Below, piece by piece: positions 30,074-42,650 of a stretch of DNA of 64,000 nt; the first letter of the stretch is position 1, and every line of letters starts with the position of its first letter. The stretch is taken from the NCBI GenBank assembly GCA_964016885.1, contig OZ024753.1:5456001-5520000 (forward strand), read 5' to 3'. The notes under the pieces were generated by a model, which saw nothing but the letters and a program-made list of their open reading frames with translations, was not told the origin of the DNA and did not search any database. Source of the stretch: Eledone cirrhosa (lineage: Eukaryota). Both the position numbers and the translations under genes were made by a program.

Positions 30074-30730
30074 ATTGTATGTGTATGTATAATTATATAT
30101 ATGTATGTATATGTGTGTGTGTGTGTGTATTTATTTATTTATATGTATGTGTATGCGTAAATATGTGTGCATTGCTTACCATGTGTGTTTGTTTATTTAT
30201 TCGTGTCCGTTCCTGTATCGCTGTCAACGTTAATAATGTTAATAATGTTAATTATTTTTTATTTTCTTAAGTCATATATTTTTTTTATTTTGATATGACG
30301 CCTTTTTTAATTATTTTTTATATTATTTTTTTTATTATTTTCTCATAATTAATTGTGTACGTGCGTATGTAGGTGTGTGTACATATATGTATATATATGT
30401 GTGCGTATGTATGTGTGTATATATGTGTGTATTTATGTGCATGTATGTACGTGTGTGTATATATGTATGTATATATATGTGCGTGTGTATGTGTATGTAT
30501 GGATGTGTGTATATATATATATATGTATATGTATGTGTGTATATATCTATATGTCTATATATGTGTGTATATATGTATGTATATGAGTGTGTGCGTGTGT
30601 GTGCATGTCTGTTTATCTACTTTTATATTTATTCTTTTTCCTCTTCTTTTCCCCTCCCTTTTCCAGCCTCACTTTCATATAGATTATATTTTTGTTTTTA
30701 AAATCCGGTCAATAAATACACCAGGATTTT

Positions 30731-30791
30731 TTTCATTCTGATGAATGAAAGCAAATTTTGTTTGCTTTCAAGAAACCACTAGTAAATGAAA
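30731..30791 (+). ncRNA. Type I hammerhead ribozyme, probably in the pLTR of the upstream PLE
   Basis: TTTCATT CTGATGA A TGAAAGCAAA-TTTTG-TTTGCTTTCA A GAAA CCACTAG TA AATGAAA. Confidence 0.85.
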
Positions 30792-31454
30792 TAATTATCT
30801 TATGTTGTTTATTACATAACTATATATATATATATATATACAATGGAACCTTGATTCACAAACGCTTCTCATCACACACAATTTTTCAAAACATAAAACG
30901 TCTCAAGTAATGAACACACACGCCAGCAACAGTGGTTGGTGACAAGCTGGGAGGATCAACGGGAAAGCGTCACTTGCTGTGTAGTTACTTACTATGGTGA
31001 TATCTGTCTGTCTCTCTCTCTCATATATATAGAAGGAATTGGTAGTTTACTTGAAGCATTGTGTAGTGAGGTATAAACGTTTGAAGTTAGAAGGCCAGAA
31101 CAATGCAGGTTTGGATATAGAATATAAATGCAAAAGATAATGCTGACAATTTTTCTTATACCTTAATTTATTAGTATATCCTGATATTTTGAGATAATAT
31201 CTCTTCGTCTAAGGAAAGTAAAAGGGTTAAAATTGAGTGACACTGCTTCAAGTGTTCAGCAATTTTTAGACAACTTAATCAGTAAAACAATTGTCAGACT
31301 GTAAATAAAACCCTTTTTTGTACTGTTGACCATGTTATTCTTCACTCTTTCTATATATATATGCTGTTGAAACAGCAAGAGCTCAGCCATCGGGGTACCA
31401 ACTCTTTATAATATAACCATGCTCTATTACACACACATATGTATATATATATAT

Positions 31455-31757
31455 CATCATCATCATCACCATTTTACGTCTGCTTTTCCCTGCTTGCAAG
31501 GGTGGGACGGGAACTGATTCTGGTTTGATTTCTACAGCTGGATGCCCTTCCTAACACCAACCTCATTTACAGTGAGTGCTGGGTGCTTTTTTGCCATGGC
31601 ACCTCCACGATCACTTTGCAGTGCAATGATATGGACCCCAGTCCCTATCATCTCATTTCTACAGCTGAGTAAACTGGAGCAATGTGAAATAAAGTGTCTT
31701 GCTCAAGGAAGCAACACATCACCCGGTCTGAGAATTGAACTCACAACCTTTCGATTA
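31455..31757 (-). mobile_element. Partial copy of the SINE at 27525-27868
   Basis: Near-identical sequence, truncated in the tRNA head at (TA)n. Confidence 0.85.
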
Positions 31758-32569
31758 CATATATACATATGTACGTATGGGTTATATCGAATAAAGCTAT
31801 GATGATTGGTCATCAAGGTACAGCATATCTTTGTTGAGCCATTTGCTTGCAATCGAATCAAATATTTTTATAATTATTATTATTCGATATAACCAATACG
31901 TACATATGTATTTATATGTGTGTATATGTATGTGTATATATACATGTGTGTATTTATACATACTTAAATATATAATTATCACCATCTTAGAACTCTGTAG
32001 TGTTGTCATGGATACTTCATTGAAGTAGACTGCTATCTGTTATTTTTATATAATGATATTGTCATATTTTCCATAGAGCATTCAAACTATGACTATATAA
32101 TGTTAAATAATAGAAGAATAAGAAAACAATGCTAGATTGTAATAATTAGATGACTCATCGGCACAGAAAGTCATGACCAAAATTACAAATTCTATGACTC
32201 ATTGTCAAATTTTATTTGTTTATTTAAAAAAATAACACAAAAATTGACACCGCCACCCTCCCACAAGTAAGCTAGGTTCAAAGGAGTACTGTATAAAAAG
32301 ACTATAAAAGAGCCAGTTTTATAAAACTTTTCATTACTATATTTCTAATAAATATATTGCCAAAGATTTCCAAATCATTTTGAAAATAATTAAGAATTTG
32401 GACAGACTTAGTAATATAACATTGTCATTGTTAAACTAGTGTTTGGAATATAACAAAGGTTCTTAGAAGAAATTATGATGGAAGCTTTTTTTTTTAGATA
32501 AAGATGTTAAAATAAAGAGTCTTGTATGATAGAATAAAAGGTGTTTTAGGCATGCATGCATACATACAT

Positions 32570-32680
32570 GTCTTTGTGAGGAGCCACATTTCTGACCCAT
32601 AGAGGAGAACGGAGAAGACCGACGTGTGGTAGACACACAGCTTTCCCTTCCAGGAGAAGAGTCCACATCAGTGGATTCAT
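32570..32680 (-). mobile_element. Old RTE-like RT fragment
   Basis: Minus strand encodes ..SVLLYGSEMWLLTK. Confidence 0.6.
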
Positions 32681-32689
32681 AAAAATTAT

Positions 32690-32883
32690 GAAACCAGCCG
32701 TATTCAGCCAGAATTCTCTCACCTCTTTCAGTTTAAACCGGCTGTAAATGGTCGCTCATACTGATCTTAAAGAATTGTTTTCAAAATAAATATCAGTATC
32801 TTGTAGATTTGATATGTGAGATAAACCCTTTACTGCAAAAATACAATAGTAAATATAGAATAATGTATATTCTAAAGGGTTAA
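32690..32883 (-). mobile_element. piggyBac-like MITE, partial
   Basis: Same body as the other copies; ends CTAAAGGG|TTAA. Confidence 0.75.
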
Positions 32884-33059
32884 TCTTTTTGAAGTCCTCT
32901 TTTCTTCTCAAAATTTATGATAGTTGGACAAAGCCTGTAGCTTATGCTGGTTTCATTGGGTGAGAGTACAAAAATACAAAAGCTCTTCCCTGGACATACA
33001 ATGACACCTGAGTCTTGCTAACCAATAACAACTGACATCATTAGCATCACACCACCTCA

Positions 33060-33221
33060 TCTATATATATAAAACTGAGGATGTCTGTCTGTGTGTGTGT
33101 CTGAGTTTGAATCCCTAAAACTCGAGAAGTACCCAACCAATTTTTTTCAAACTTTACGTGTGTATTACTTATGTTTCAGAGAGTGTTATGCACATAAAAT
33201 TCAACTTTTTGATCCCCTAGG
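33060..33221 (+). mobile_element. Non-autonomous Helitron 5' part
   Basis: A|TCTATATATATAAAA start then (GTCT)n; its last ~70 bp are repeated at the start of 41064-41610. Confidence 0.65.
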
Positions 33222-33243
33222 ATACATATATATACATATATAT

Positions 33244-33529
33244 AAAAAAGAGAAATAGGACAAAGGTAAACAGTTAGAAAAGGATTTAATCCATGTATTA
33301 ACAATTGTTTCATCAGAATTTCAGTCCATTATTGCTACACTATGTCATAATAGGCAATCAAGAAAGATACTGTGACATCCGAAATTTCAAAATACAAAGT
33401 TGAAATGACCTTGATTGCCTATTATTACATAGTGTAGCAATAATGGACTGAAATTCTGATGAAACAATTGTTAATACCTGGATTAAATCCTTTTGTAACT
33501 GTTTACCTTTGTCCTATTTCTCTTTTTTG
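33244..33529. repeat. ~118-bp inverted repeat pair (fold-back element end)
   Basis: 33244-33362 is the near reverse complement of 33411-33529. Confidence 0.9.
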
Positions 33530-35044
33530 ATTACACTCCTCGTTTGTTCGTGTTTCCACCACAGAATCCCTACCAACCTGTCGAGTCACCTTAACGTATG
33601 TTGATAACTTTCCTCACAACTTGTTCTACCAAGCTTTGGAATATTCCTAATTACTGAATATACATATATATATACATATATATATATACATATATATTAG
33701 AAAGTGAGGTTTTTTTTACAAAATGAAAAATAACCGAGGTGTCCTACACGAGTGAAAGTATAAAGAAAAAGAGATGAAATCAAAAATGCAACTGAAGATT
33801 ATATAGGACAAACTAAACACACACTCAGAAACAGAATGACAGTTCATCGCCAACAATTACGAGATCCAACCACGAGACAGATACCACTAAGTGCACATCT
33901 AGACATTTGCGCAAGTAATAAGACACCCAAATTCCAAGTCTTCCCATTTTACCTTTGCGCTAACAATACAACAGAACAAATGCGAATAAATAAGGAAAAT
34001 ATGTTTATTCAAAAATATAGACAACATTAAATAAGGTTTAATGTACATTATGTCAACACCACAATATGACATACACACACACACATAACACCTTCTACTT
34101 TAGAAAATAAAAACCCGAACTAAATAAACCTTAACATACGTTTGCACTGGCAATACAACAGCAAACACGAAAAAGTAAGGAAAATATGTTCATTCAAAAA
34201 TATTCCTACTAAAGGAATCACTTTCCTACACACACACACAATATATATATATATATATATATATTCTCTTCATCTTAACATGCTAACCATACTCCCACAC
34301 ACATAACACCCATACACACACATAACAACCCCCACACATACAACTCCCTCCCCATTTCTACTAATAGAACCACTTTCCTACACACATATATACACACACA
34401 CACACAAAATATATATTCTCTCCATCTTAACATACTCGCACACACACACACATAACACCCATATACACACACACACAAGTCCCTCCCCCATCTCTACTAA
34501 TAGAATCATCTTCCAATACACACATACACACACACAAGCACACAAATAAACATACATATCTTCACTTCAATAGAAAATCTGAACTCTGACACACATTCCA
34601 GCTGGCCATATTCACTGAACCAGAACATTTCTCCCAATCCCTTTTCTCTTGACCACTATCTCTCCATTGTCATAACATTCACTATAAAGACTACAGAATA
34701 GTTTTCCAAATAAGGGCGCAAAAATGTAATGAAAACTTGTTCACCTGACAGCCAAATTTCATTTATGACCAACCAAAAAAAAAGCCTTCTTGAGCCTCCT
34801 TTTTTCAAGTAAAAAGAAATTCAAACACTCATATATGAAAAAACAACGTGTAACCCCCCCCCCTCTCTTATTTGAAGAGCTATTGTAATGCGAACTGGCG
34901 CGAAATTTATTATAATTATTGACAAACCAATCAAATTACTTCTCGAAAAACCTGGCATTTCGAGCCACTTTTTCCATATAAAACAAGTAACATTCAGAGA
35001 CCAACCAGATGTGAGATAAACCACAGAGCCTCCATCTCAACTCA

Positions 35045-35082
35045 CCTTTTGAAAAGCAGAAGAAATGCGAAACCGGTAAAGG
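35045..35082 (+). ncRNA. Minimal hammerhead with U3-A8 core variant
   Basis: CCTT TTGAAAA GCA-GAAGAAA-TGC GAAA CCGG TA AAGG; palindromic stem III ACCGGT. Confidence 0.6.
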
Positions 35083-35279
35083 AACCAAATAAATATATAT
35101 ATTTTTTTTAAAAAAATGAGACTCCAGTTGCATTTTCGATTTCATCTCTTTTTCTTTATACATATATATATACATATATATATATACATATACATATACA
35201 TATATATATATATACATACATATATATATATACATACATATATTTATATACATACATATATATATATACATACATATAT

Positions 35280-36580
35280 ATCATCATCATCATCAACGTT
35301 TAACGTCCGTGTTCCACGCTTGCATGGGTTTGGACGGGGGTAGTCCCACTTGAGGCAAGAGTGATTGTCTTGCTCGCATAGGACTGTCTGGCAGGTTTTC
35401 TACAGTTGGATGCCCTTCCTAACACCAACCACATTTACAGTGTGGGTCTGGGAGGTTTTTACCGTGTTGCCTACACGGCCACATTACAGCGTGGACTGTG
35501 TGTTTTTTTGTCGTGACACCTACACGATCTCATTTGTTTCGGCCTCGATGGCGCGGCACCAACATAACTTTACATAGAACGGGGTGGTGTGGATGGGGTG
35601 GGGGTGTTGGTGGTGGGACGGGGTGTATTTTGTTAGAGATGCCTACTGGCTGTAGTAGGTTTTACTATGTATTTAGGTAAGGCGGGTGTTCTCTGTTACT
35701 GAGTACTGCCAATGGTCTCGGTCCAGTGACATTGTCTTGGAGAGGTGTAAGTGTGTGAGGTCGGAGTTTATCAGCTCGTCCCAGGTTTTTCTAGGTCTGC
35801 CTATTCCGTGGCTACCGTCTATCTTTATTGCCCTGCACTTTGTTATACAGCTATCGACTTTCATGCGCATCACGTGTCCATACCAACGTAGCCTTCTCTC
35901 GAGTAAACAACATCTGATCCCTCTTATTTCTAATTTTTTCCTTAGTTCGTTTATGCTTTGTCGTTCACGTATATTACTGTTACACATCCAGCGGAGCATG
36001 CAAGCTTCGTTCCTCTCTCGTCTGCGTATATCCTCTGCACACAATGCCCAGGTCTCACTGCCATGCAACATTGCTGTCCGTATGCAGGCATCATACAACC
36101 TGCCTTTCATTTTTAGGGAGAACCCTTTAGCGGCTAATAGTGGTATAAGCTCTCTGAACTTTTTCCATCCGGTTCTGACTCTCGCTACTGTGCTTTCAGA
36201 GCACCCTCCCCCACTGCTGATTTTGTCACCCAGGTAACGGAAGCTGTCCACTATTTCTATAGAACCCTCTGCGCAATTGAAAGAGCTAGTATTTTGTGGG
36301 CATTTGCTGCTACTTATTGCACCAGAGCACCGGCCACATGTGAAATCTATGTTCTTAGTTAGCTTACCTGTGATCCCACTACATCTTTTATGCACCCATA
36401 CTTTGCATTTCTGACACAAAATGGAGTTTCTACCTACGCCTTTCCTACACACTGAGCATGGCCACTTCCCGGAAGGGACCGCCGCCTTATTTTCTTTCCT
36501 ACAAACTAGAACATTGGTCTTAGCCAGGTTAATTTTAAGGCCTTTTGATTCTAGGCCGTGCTTCCATGTTTGGAATTTCT
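35280..36580 (-). mobile_element. RTE LINE 3' portion
   Basis: ORF 35673-36716 is homologous from KKFQTWKHG onward; 3'UTR and (GAT)n tail present. Confidence 0.95.
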
Positions 36581-36609
<29 letters not shown>

Positions 36610-36622
<13 letters not shown>

Positions 36623-37312
36623 TATATATAGTAATAATAATAAATTTGAAGACTAAAATCCAAAGAGGGCTCGATAAGGATAAATATATATCAAATATAT
36701 AAGAACCGTAGAGCAAATATTTATTAAAATAACAGATTAAAGTTTAAGCAAAGAATCGCTGCTTTCAGCCTTAACGGGATCTTCTGAAACTAACAAAGTC
36801 AATCTGTAAACGCAGAAGTGGATATTTCAAATAACGTTGCAGCCGGAGGAAGACAGGAAGACGATACTTTGGTTCATGGAAACATTTGCTGGCAAGAACG
36901 GGGAAAAATGAATATAATACGTCATTAATAGGAGCGGTGAAAAACAATTACGCGCAAAGACAGAACCACGTTTTCGGTATAAAAGAAGTCGTAGACTAAT
37001 GTTCTCTTAGGTGGTTCATAGAGACATTCTCTGGCAATGAACGGAAAAAACGAAGATAATACGTCATATGTGTAGCGTGGAGAACAATTGCACGCAAAGA
37101 CAAAACCACGTAAATGGTATAGCTGAAGTCGTAGACTAAATTCTAACTAGGAGACCGAATGAATCTCCGCTTCAGAGTTAAGAATAAAGTAAATAAATAC
37201 AATACAGGGGTAATAGAAATTAAATAAATGCATACACACATTCAAATATGCACATACATAAGCATACGCAAAACACTTGCCATAGGTATACAAAACCACG
37301 CACATATAAATA
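36610..37312 (-). mobile_element. Inverted pLTR of the downstream Naiad-like PLE (HHR-like motif 36741-36791)
   Basis: Reverse complement of ~40175-40765. Confidence 0.88.
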
Positions 37313-37317
37313 CACCG

Positions 37318-37812
37318 CCGACATATAAAATCTATATTCTTAGTTAGCTTACCTGTGATCCCACTACATCTTTTATGCACCCGTACTTTGCATTTGGAAC
37401 ATAAAATGGAGTTTCTGCCTACTCCTTTCCTACACACTGAGCATGGCCATTTCCCAGATGGGACCAGTGCCCTATTTTCCTTTCTACATACTAGAACTTT
37501 AGTCTTAGACAGGTTAATTTTAAGGCCTTTTAATTCTAGGCCATGCTTCCATGTTTGGAATTTCTTCTCTAGTTCAGCCATTGATTCAGCTATGAGCGTT
37601 AGATCATACATATATACATTTTGTGGCAATATGCATTTTTTCACGCTAAATCAATAACAATATAACGTATTTGCCAACCTATATTTTATGTTATGTTTTG
37701 ACGTATATTCCGTGTAGAAAACACGGTAAAAAGGCTCTAGTCCACACTGTAAATGTGGTTGGTGTTCTGTTCAGTATATATAATTATATATACATATCAA
37801 ATCATACATACA
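37318..37812 (-). repeat. Local duplicate of 27018-27515 (RTE fragment plus flank)
   Basis: Same chimeric junction GATCA|TACATATATACATTTTGTGG in both copies. Confidence 0.9.
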
Positions 37813-37822
37813 TATATATATA

Positions 37823-39763
37823 TAAACCCCCGTGTAACCCAGCATTGCTACCCTTCGAAAATGATGGCTTGGAACTCATTCGGAGTATCAAATTTCGGAA
37901 TAGGAGCAATTCCTTCCAGCAAGACCTGAAGAATAGAATTCGTTCTATTAAGGATTCTAACGCCGTGCACGTCCATTCCGACAAAACTGGCAACCTATAT
38001 CAAGTGGAGCGCAGTACTTACCATCAACTACTACATAATGCTGTAACTAAGGATTACCGTAAAACTAATCGGTGCGTCATCAATGAAATCAACGATGCTG
38101 GGTTTAAAATAACATCTGATCTCAACATCCTGGACCGGACCGAACCTCTGGACCCTATTTCTCCCCACTTTACCCTGAAGGATCACATATCCAATTTTCC
38201 GAACAACCCCTCTATTCGGCTTATTAACCCTACGAAGTCCGATTTAGGTAGACTTAGTAAAACGATTCTTGATAGAATTATACCTGAAATTAGAAGTTTG
38301 GCCCCTCTTGCACTGTGGAACAATTCTTCCGCGGTGATTGATTGGTTCAACGGCATATGTAACAAGGAACATTGCCGTTTTATCCAATTGGACATCAACA
38401 ATTACTACTCCTCCATCACTTTACCACTTCTCCTTAGAGCTATCAATTTCGCTAAAACACTCACAGTGGTTAAGGATTTCGAAGTTGATGTCATCCTCAA
38501 TGCCCGAAAGTCGGTGATTAATTTCGACGACTCTATTTGGATTAAAAAATCCAATAGTACCCCAATCGATGTAAGTATGGGCGCCAGTGATTCTGCGGAG
38601 GTTACTGATCTTATCGGCCTTTTCCTTCTTTTCTCTATCAAGGACGAATTCCCCAACGCGGGCGGTGGTTTGTATCGTGACGATAGTCTTTTGACCATGA
38701 CTAAGTGCGGACCTCGTGCTTGCGACAGGTTCAGAAAAGAACTCACAGCCTTCTTTAAAGGCTTCAACCTCTCTATACAGGTTGAGGCCAATCTCTTGGT
38801 CGTTAATTACCTCAACGTTACCCTCAATTTATTGAATGGGTTGTATTACCCGTATAGAAAGCCGAATGATACGCTTAATTACATAAGTAAGCATTCCAAA
38901 CATCCTGCCAGCATAACCAAGAACCTGGTAAGAAACGTTTCGTTGAGGCTTTCCCGTCTTTCCACCAACGAGCGTATTTTCAACGACCATTCCACTTATT
39001 ACAAGCTCTTGCTCGAAGTGGATTTGTCGATAAGGTAGCATATACAGAGTACGAAAATAGACCTAGAAGAAATAGATCCCGTCACATTCGTTGGTATAAC
39101 CCACCATATAATATGGAGGTGGCCACACCATTAGCTAAGATCTTTCTTTCCCTTATTACGAAGCATTTTCCCCCTACACATAAATATAGTAAAATTTTTA
39201 ATAGAAATACTATTAAAATTTCTTACTCTACGACTCCTAACCTTGCACATAACATCACAGCTTCAAATTTAGCTAAACTACCTAGCCGTAGGAACACGTG
39301 CAACCCTGTAGTTAGTACTAACTGTAATTGTAGGAATCAGGTTGATTGCCCCCTATCCGGGAAATGCCTCTCTAGTAACATTGTCTACAAATGTAAGGTT
39401 GTAACACCCACGTCCCGTAGGGCCTACATAGGGTTAAGCGCCAATAGATTCAAGCAGCGTCTTTACATGCATAACCATTCTTTTCGTTACCCTCTAAGAA
39501 GGAATGTGACGTCACTTTCAGCTTATATCTGGAGTCTAAAAGACAACCACACCCAATATAAGTTACACTGGGAGATCCTAGCTAGGGCTAGATTGTATAA
39601 CGGAAATAAAAGACCATGTGACCTCTGCACCACTGAGGCCCTGGAAATACTCTACGCCACAGACCACATTTTAAACAAAAAATCTGAGGCAATTTCGGCT
39701 TGTAAACATAAATTGCACAAAACTTTCCTGTATTACAGCCCCACGTTATACCCTAACGGATAG
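37823..39763 (+). CDS. Penelope-like (Naiad-like) RT + GIY-YIG endonuclease, 5'-truncated, one frameshift at ~39005
   Basis: SDKT, IRLINP, FIQLDI..YY.SI, MGASDSAEV, GLYRDD, PYRKP, WYNPP, CNCR..CPLSGKC, IVYKC..AYIG, FKQR..H, CDLC..E, LNKKSE..CKH. Confidence 0.95.
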
Positions 39764-40765
39764 TACGATTTATACGTGGATATTTTACGTCTTGATGTGG
39801 GAGCTAAGTATATGTTTTGTTTATACCATTACTTATTTGCATAGGTAAGTTTATTTTACCCGTATGTTTTGTGAAGGTACGTATACCTTCTCGTACGTAT
39901 ATTTGATTGTTTATGTTATGGCGTATAATTTTATATATTCTGGTACATATGGTTTGGCTATGTGTATACGGGAGTTTTGCGTCTGTGTGAGTATGCAGGT
40001 TCGTACGTATATAGGGTGTGTGTATATGTGTACTTCATGTTTTGGCTGACTTACGTCTCCGAACATTCGTGTATTTACATGTAGGTATGTGTGTGCGCTT
40101 GTTATATACGTATTTATTTATTTATATACATTTATATAATTATTTATTTATTTGTATACACGCATACACACACACACATATTTATATGTGCGTGGTTTTG
40201 TATACCTATGGTAAGTGTTTTGCGTATGCTTGTGTATGTACGTATTTATTTGCATGTATTTATTTATTTATTTCTATTACTTCTGTATTGTATTTATTTA
40301 CTTTGTTCTTAACTCTGTAGTGGAGATTCATTCGGTCTCCTAGTTAGAATTTTAGTCTACGAGTTCTGCTATACCATTTACGTGGTTTTGTCTTTGCGTG
40401 CTATTGTTCTCCACGCTCCACATTTGACGTATTATCTTCGTTTTTTTCGTTCATTGCCAGAGAACGTCTCTATGAACCACCTAAGAGAACATTAGTCTAC
40501 AACCTCTTTTATACCATAAACGTGGTTCTGTCTTTGCGCGTAATTGTTTTTCACTGCTCCTATTAATGACGTATTATATTCGTTTTTTCCCCGTTCTTTG
40601 CCAGCAAACGTTTCCACGAACCAAAGTATCGTCTTCCTCCGGTTGCAACGTTTTTTGAAATATCCACTTCTGCGTTTACAGATTGACTTTGTTAGTTTCA
40701 GAAGATCCCGTTAAGGGTGAAAGCAGCGATTCTTTGCTTAAACTTTAATCTGTTATTTTAATAAA
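39764..40765 (+). mobile_element. PLE 3'UTR/pLTR
   Basis: ~140-bp imperfect internal tandem duplication (40353/40493); HHR-like motifs at ~40313 and 40694. Confidence 0.8.
40694..40744 (+). ncRNA. Hammerhead-like motif with U4A core
   Basis: AGTTT CAGAAGA TCCC-GTTAA-GGGT GAAA GCA-GCGATTCTT-TGC TT AAACT. Confidence 0.7.
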
Positions 40766-40991
40766 TATATATATATATATACACACACACACATACATAC
40801 ATACACATATTCATTGATACAGGTTAAATGGCTTACTGCGGTTTCTATTGCTAATTCAAATCTTCTGGTACCATGGGTTGACTAATTGAAAGAAAAGAAT
40901 CATTAGTTCTGGATCAATGAATAAATATCTAAGCATGTTTTCTATACTTCTACTGATAGTGCATTCAAGCATGTTAGTGTACAAATGCACT

Positions 40992-41035
<44 letters not shown>

Positions 41036-41063
41036 AAGTAATTACGTCGGAAAGGTCCAGGAA

Positions 41064-41610
41064 AAAACTTTACATGTGTATTACTTATGTTTCAGGGAGT
41101 GTTATGCACATAAAATTCAACTTTTTGAACCCCTAGGGCCCACATTAGGTGAAAAACTCTGTTTTTTCAGCTTTTTAGGGGTTTTTTGAGGCGTTACGTC
41201 AGACCAATTTCCTTGGAATTGTAACTATGATTTAGTCATTCTCTTCTTCATACTGCGAGCAAAGAAAATCCAACTTTTTTATGGCCTAGGCCTGCATTAG
41301 GTGAAAAACATTTTTCAGCTTTTTAGGGCTTTTTTGAGGCGTTACGTCTAGCTGTTTTTCCCGAAATTTCAAGACATATTATGCACATAAAAAAAGTTCA
41401 TTTTCTTGATCCCCCTAGGGCCCGCATTAGGTGAAAACCTGCATTTTTCCTACTTCATCAAGGAAAATCTTAAAGATTATCAAGCCATCAGAGTATTCGG
41501 TTTATTTTCTGTACATATTGTGCAGGCATGCAGTTTTTCCATGATTAGGTCTATTGGCGGCTTGTGTTCCAAAATACCTTATCCCGTGCAACGTCGGGTA
41601 CCATTGCTAG
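41064..41610 (+). mobile_element. Non-autonomous Helitron 3' part
   Basis: Internal ~140-bp repeats (CCTAGGGCCC.CATTAGGTGAAAA x3); CCCGTGCAACGTCGGG hairpin and CTAG|T end. Confidence 0.8.
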
Positions 41611-41629
41611 TCAACACTAAATATGGAAA

Positions 41630-41802
41630 GTAGTGTTGATAGTAGTTGTAGTAAAGGCAGTGGTATAGTGGTGGGTGTGGTGATAGTGGTAGTGATGATG
41701 GTGGTGCTGATGGCGGAAGTGGTGATAGTGTTGGTGATGGTAATGGTGGTGGTGTTTGTGGTGATGGTGATGGTAGTGGTGTTAGCGCTGGTGGTGGTGG
41801 TG
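41630..41802. repeat. (GTG/GTA)n low-complexity tract
   Basis: Directly visible. Confidence 0.9.
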
Positions 41803-42129
41803 TACTCAATGTTTATATACAAAATGTAGTCAGATTATGGAAGGTAGTGGAAGATAAGTATTTGTAATGTCATAGCAGGAGGTGGGTGGGTCAGTTCAAA
41901 TAGCCAGCCATTATAGCAACAGCATTTTAATTAAGCTTCAAGACTAATTAAAAAGGAGGTGGAAAAAGCAGAAATTGTTTCTGTCGTTTGTGTAGCTATT
42001 ATCTCAATTAACGAAACTGGAACACTGCAAATGCAGAATAAATTTATATTACAGGCAAAGAGATAGTTGTGTGTTTAAGAAGTTAGCTTTGCAATGGTGC
42101 GATTCTCAATAAAAGTACACCTAGTCCAC

Positions 42130-42337
42130 TACGTAAAGTAGTAGTGCTGTTGCCACAATAAAATACACACAGACCTCTCTGTAAGGTGGTAGTGCTGTTG
42201 CCACAATAAAATATACCCAGACCTCTCTGTAAGGTGGTAGTGCTGTTGCCACAATAAAATACACCGACCTCTCTGTCAGGTGGTAGTATTATTGCCACAA
42301 TAAAATACACCCAGACCTTTCTATAAGGAAGTAGTGT
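42130..42337. repeat. ~48-bp tandem repeat x4
   Basis: GTAAGGTGGTAGTGCTGTTGCCACAATAAAATACACCCAGACCTCTCT. Confidence 0.9.
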
Positions 42338-42440
42338 TGATCATGTTTGCTGGTCACGAGAGTGTTTATTGATACTTGGCTCTAATCACAGTTAATTGTT
42401 TATAAGTTCACATGGAATACACTACACTAGAATGATTTAG

Positions 42441-42650
42441 AAGGTGCATAGCTTAGTGGTTAGTGCATTGAGCTTGCAATCGGGAGGTTGTGAGTTCGAT
42501 ACTCGGACCAGGTGATGCGTTGTCCTTGAGCAAGACACTTTATTTCACATTGCTCAAGTTTACTCAGCTGCAGAAATGAGTTGCGATGTCACTAGTGTCA
42601 CGATGTATCAACCTTAGTCTTTCCTTTGGACAACTTCAGTGGCATGGTTG
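42441..42650 (+). mobile_element. tRNA-derived SINE
   Basis: TAGCTTAGTGG A box, GAGTTCGATAC B box, CCTTGAGCAAGACAC domain. Confidence 0.8.

Noticed and set aside
30839-30990. Tigger/pogo-like left terminus TACAATGGAACCTTGATT
   Set aside because: No matching right TIR was found.
35686-36237. Antisense ORFs over RTE/CR1 copies
   Set aside because: Shadow ORFs of the reverse transcriptase coding strand.
42441-42510. tRNA gene
   Set aside because: A/B boxes continue into the SINE body and no proper cloverleaf forms.
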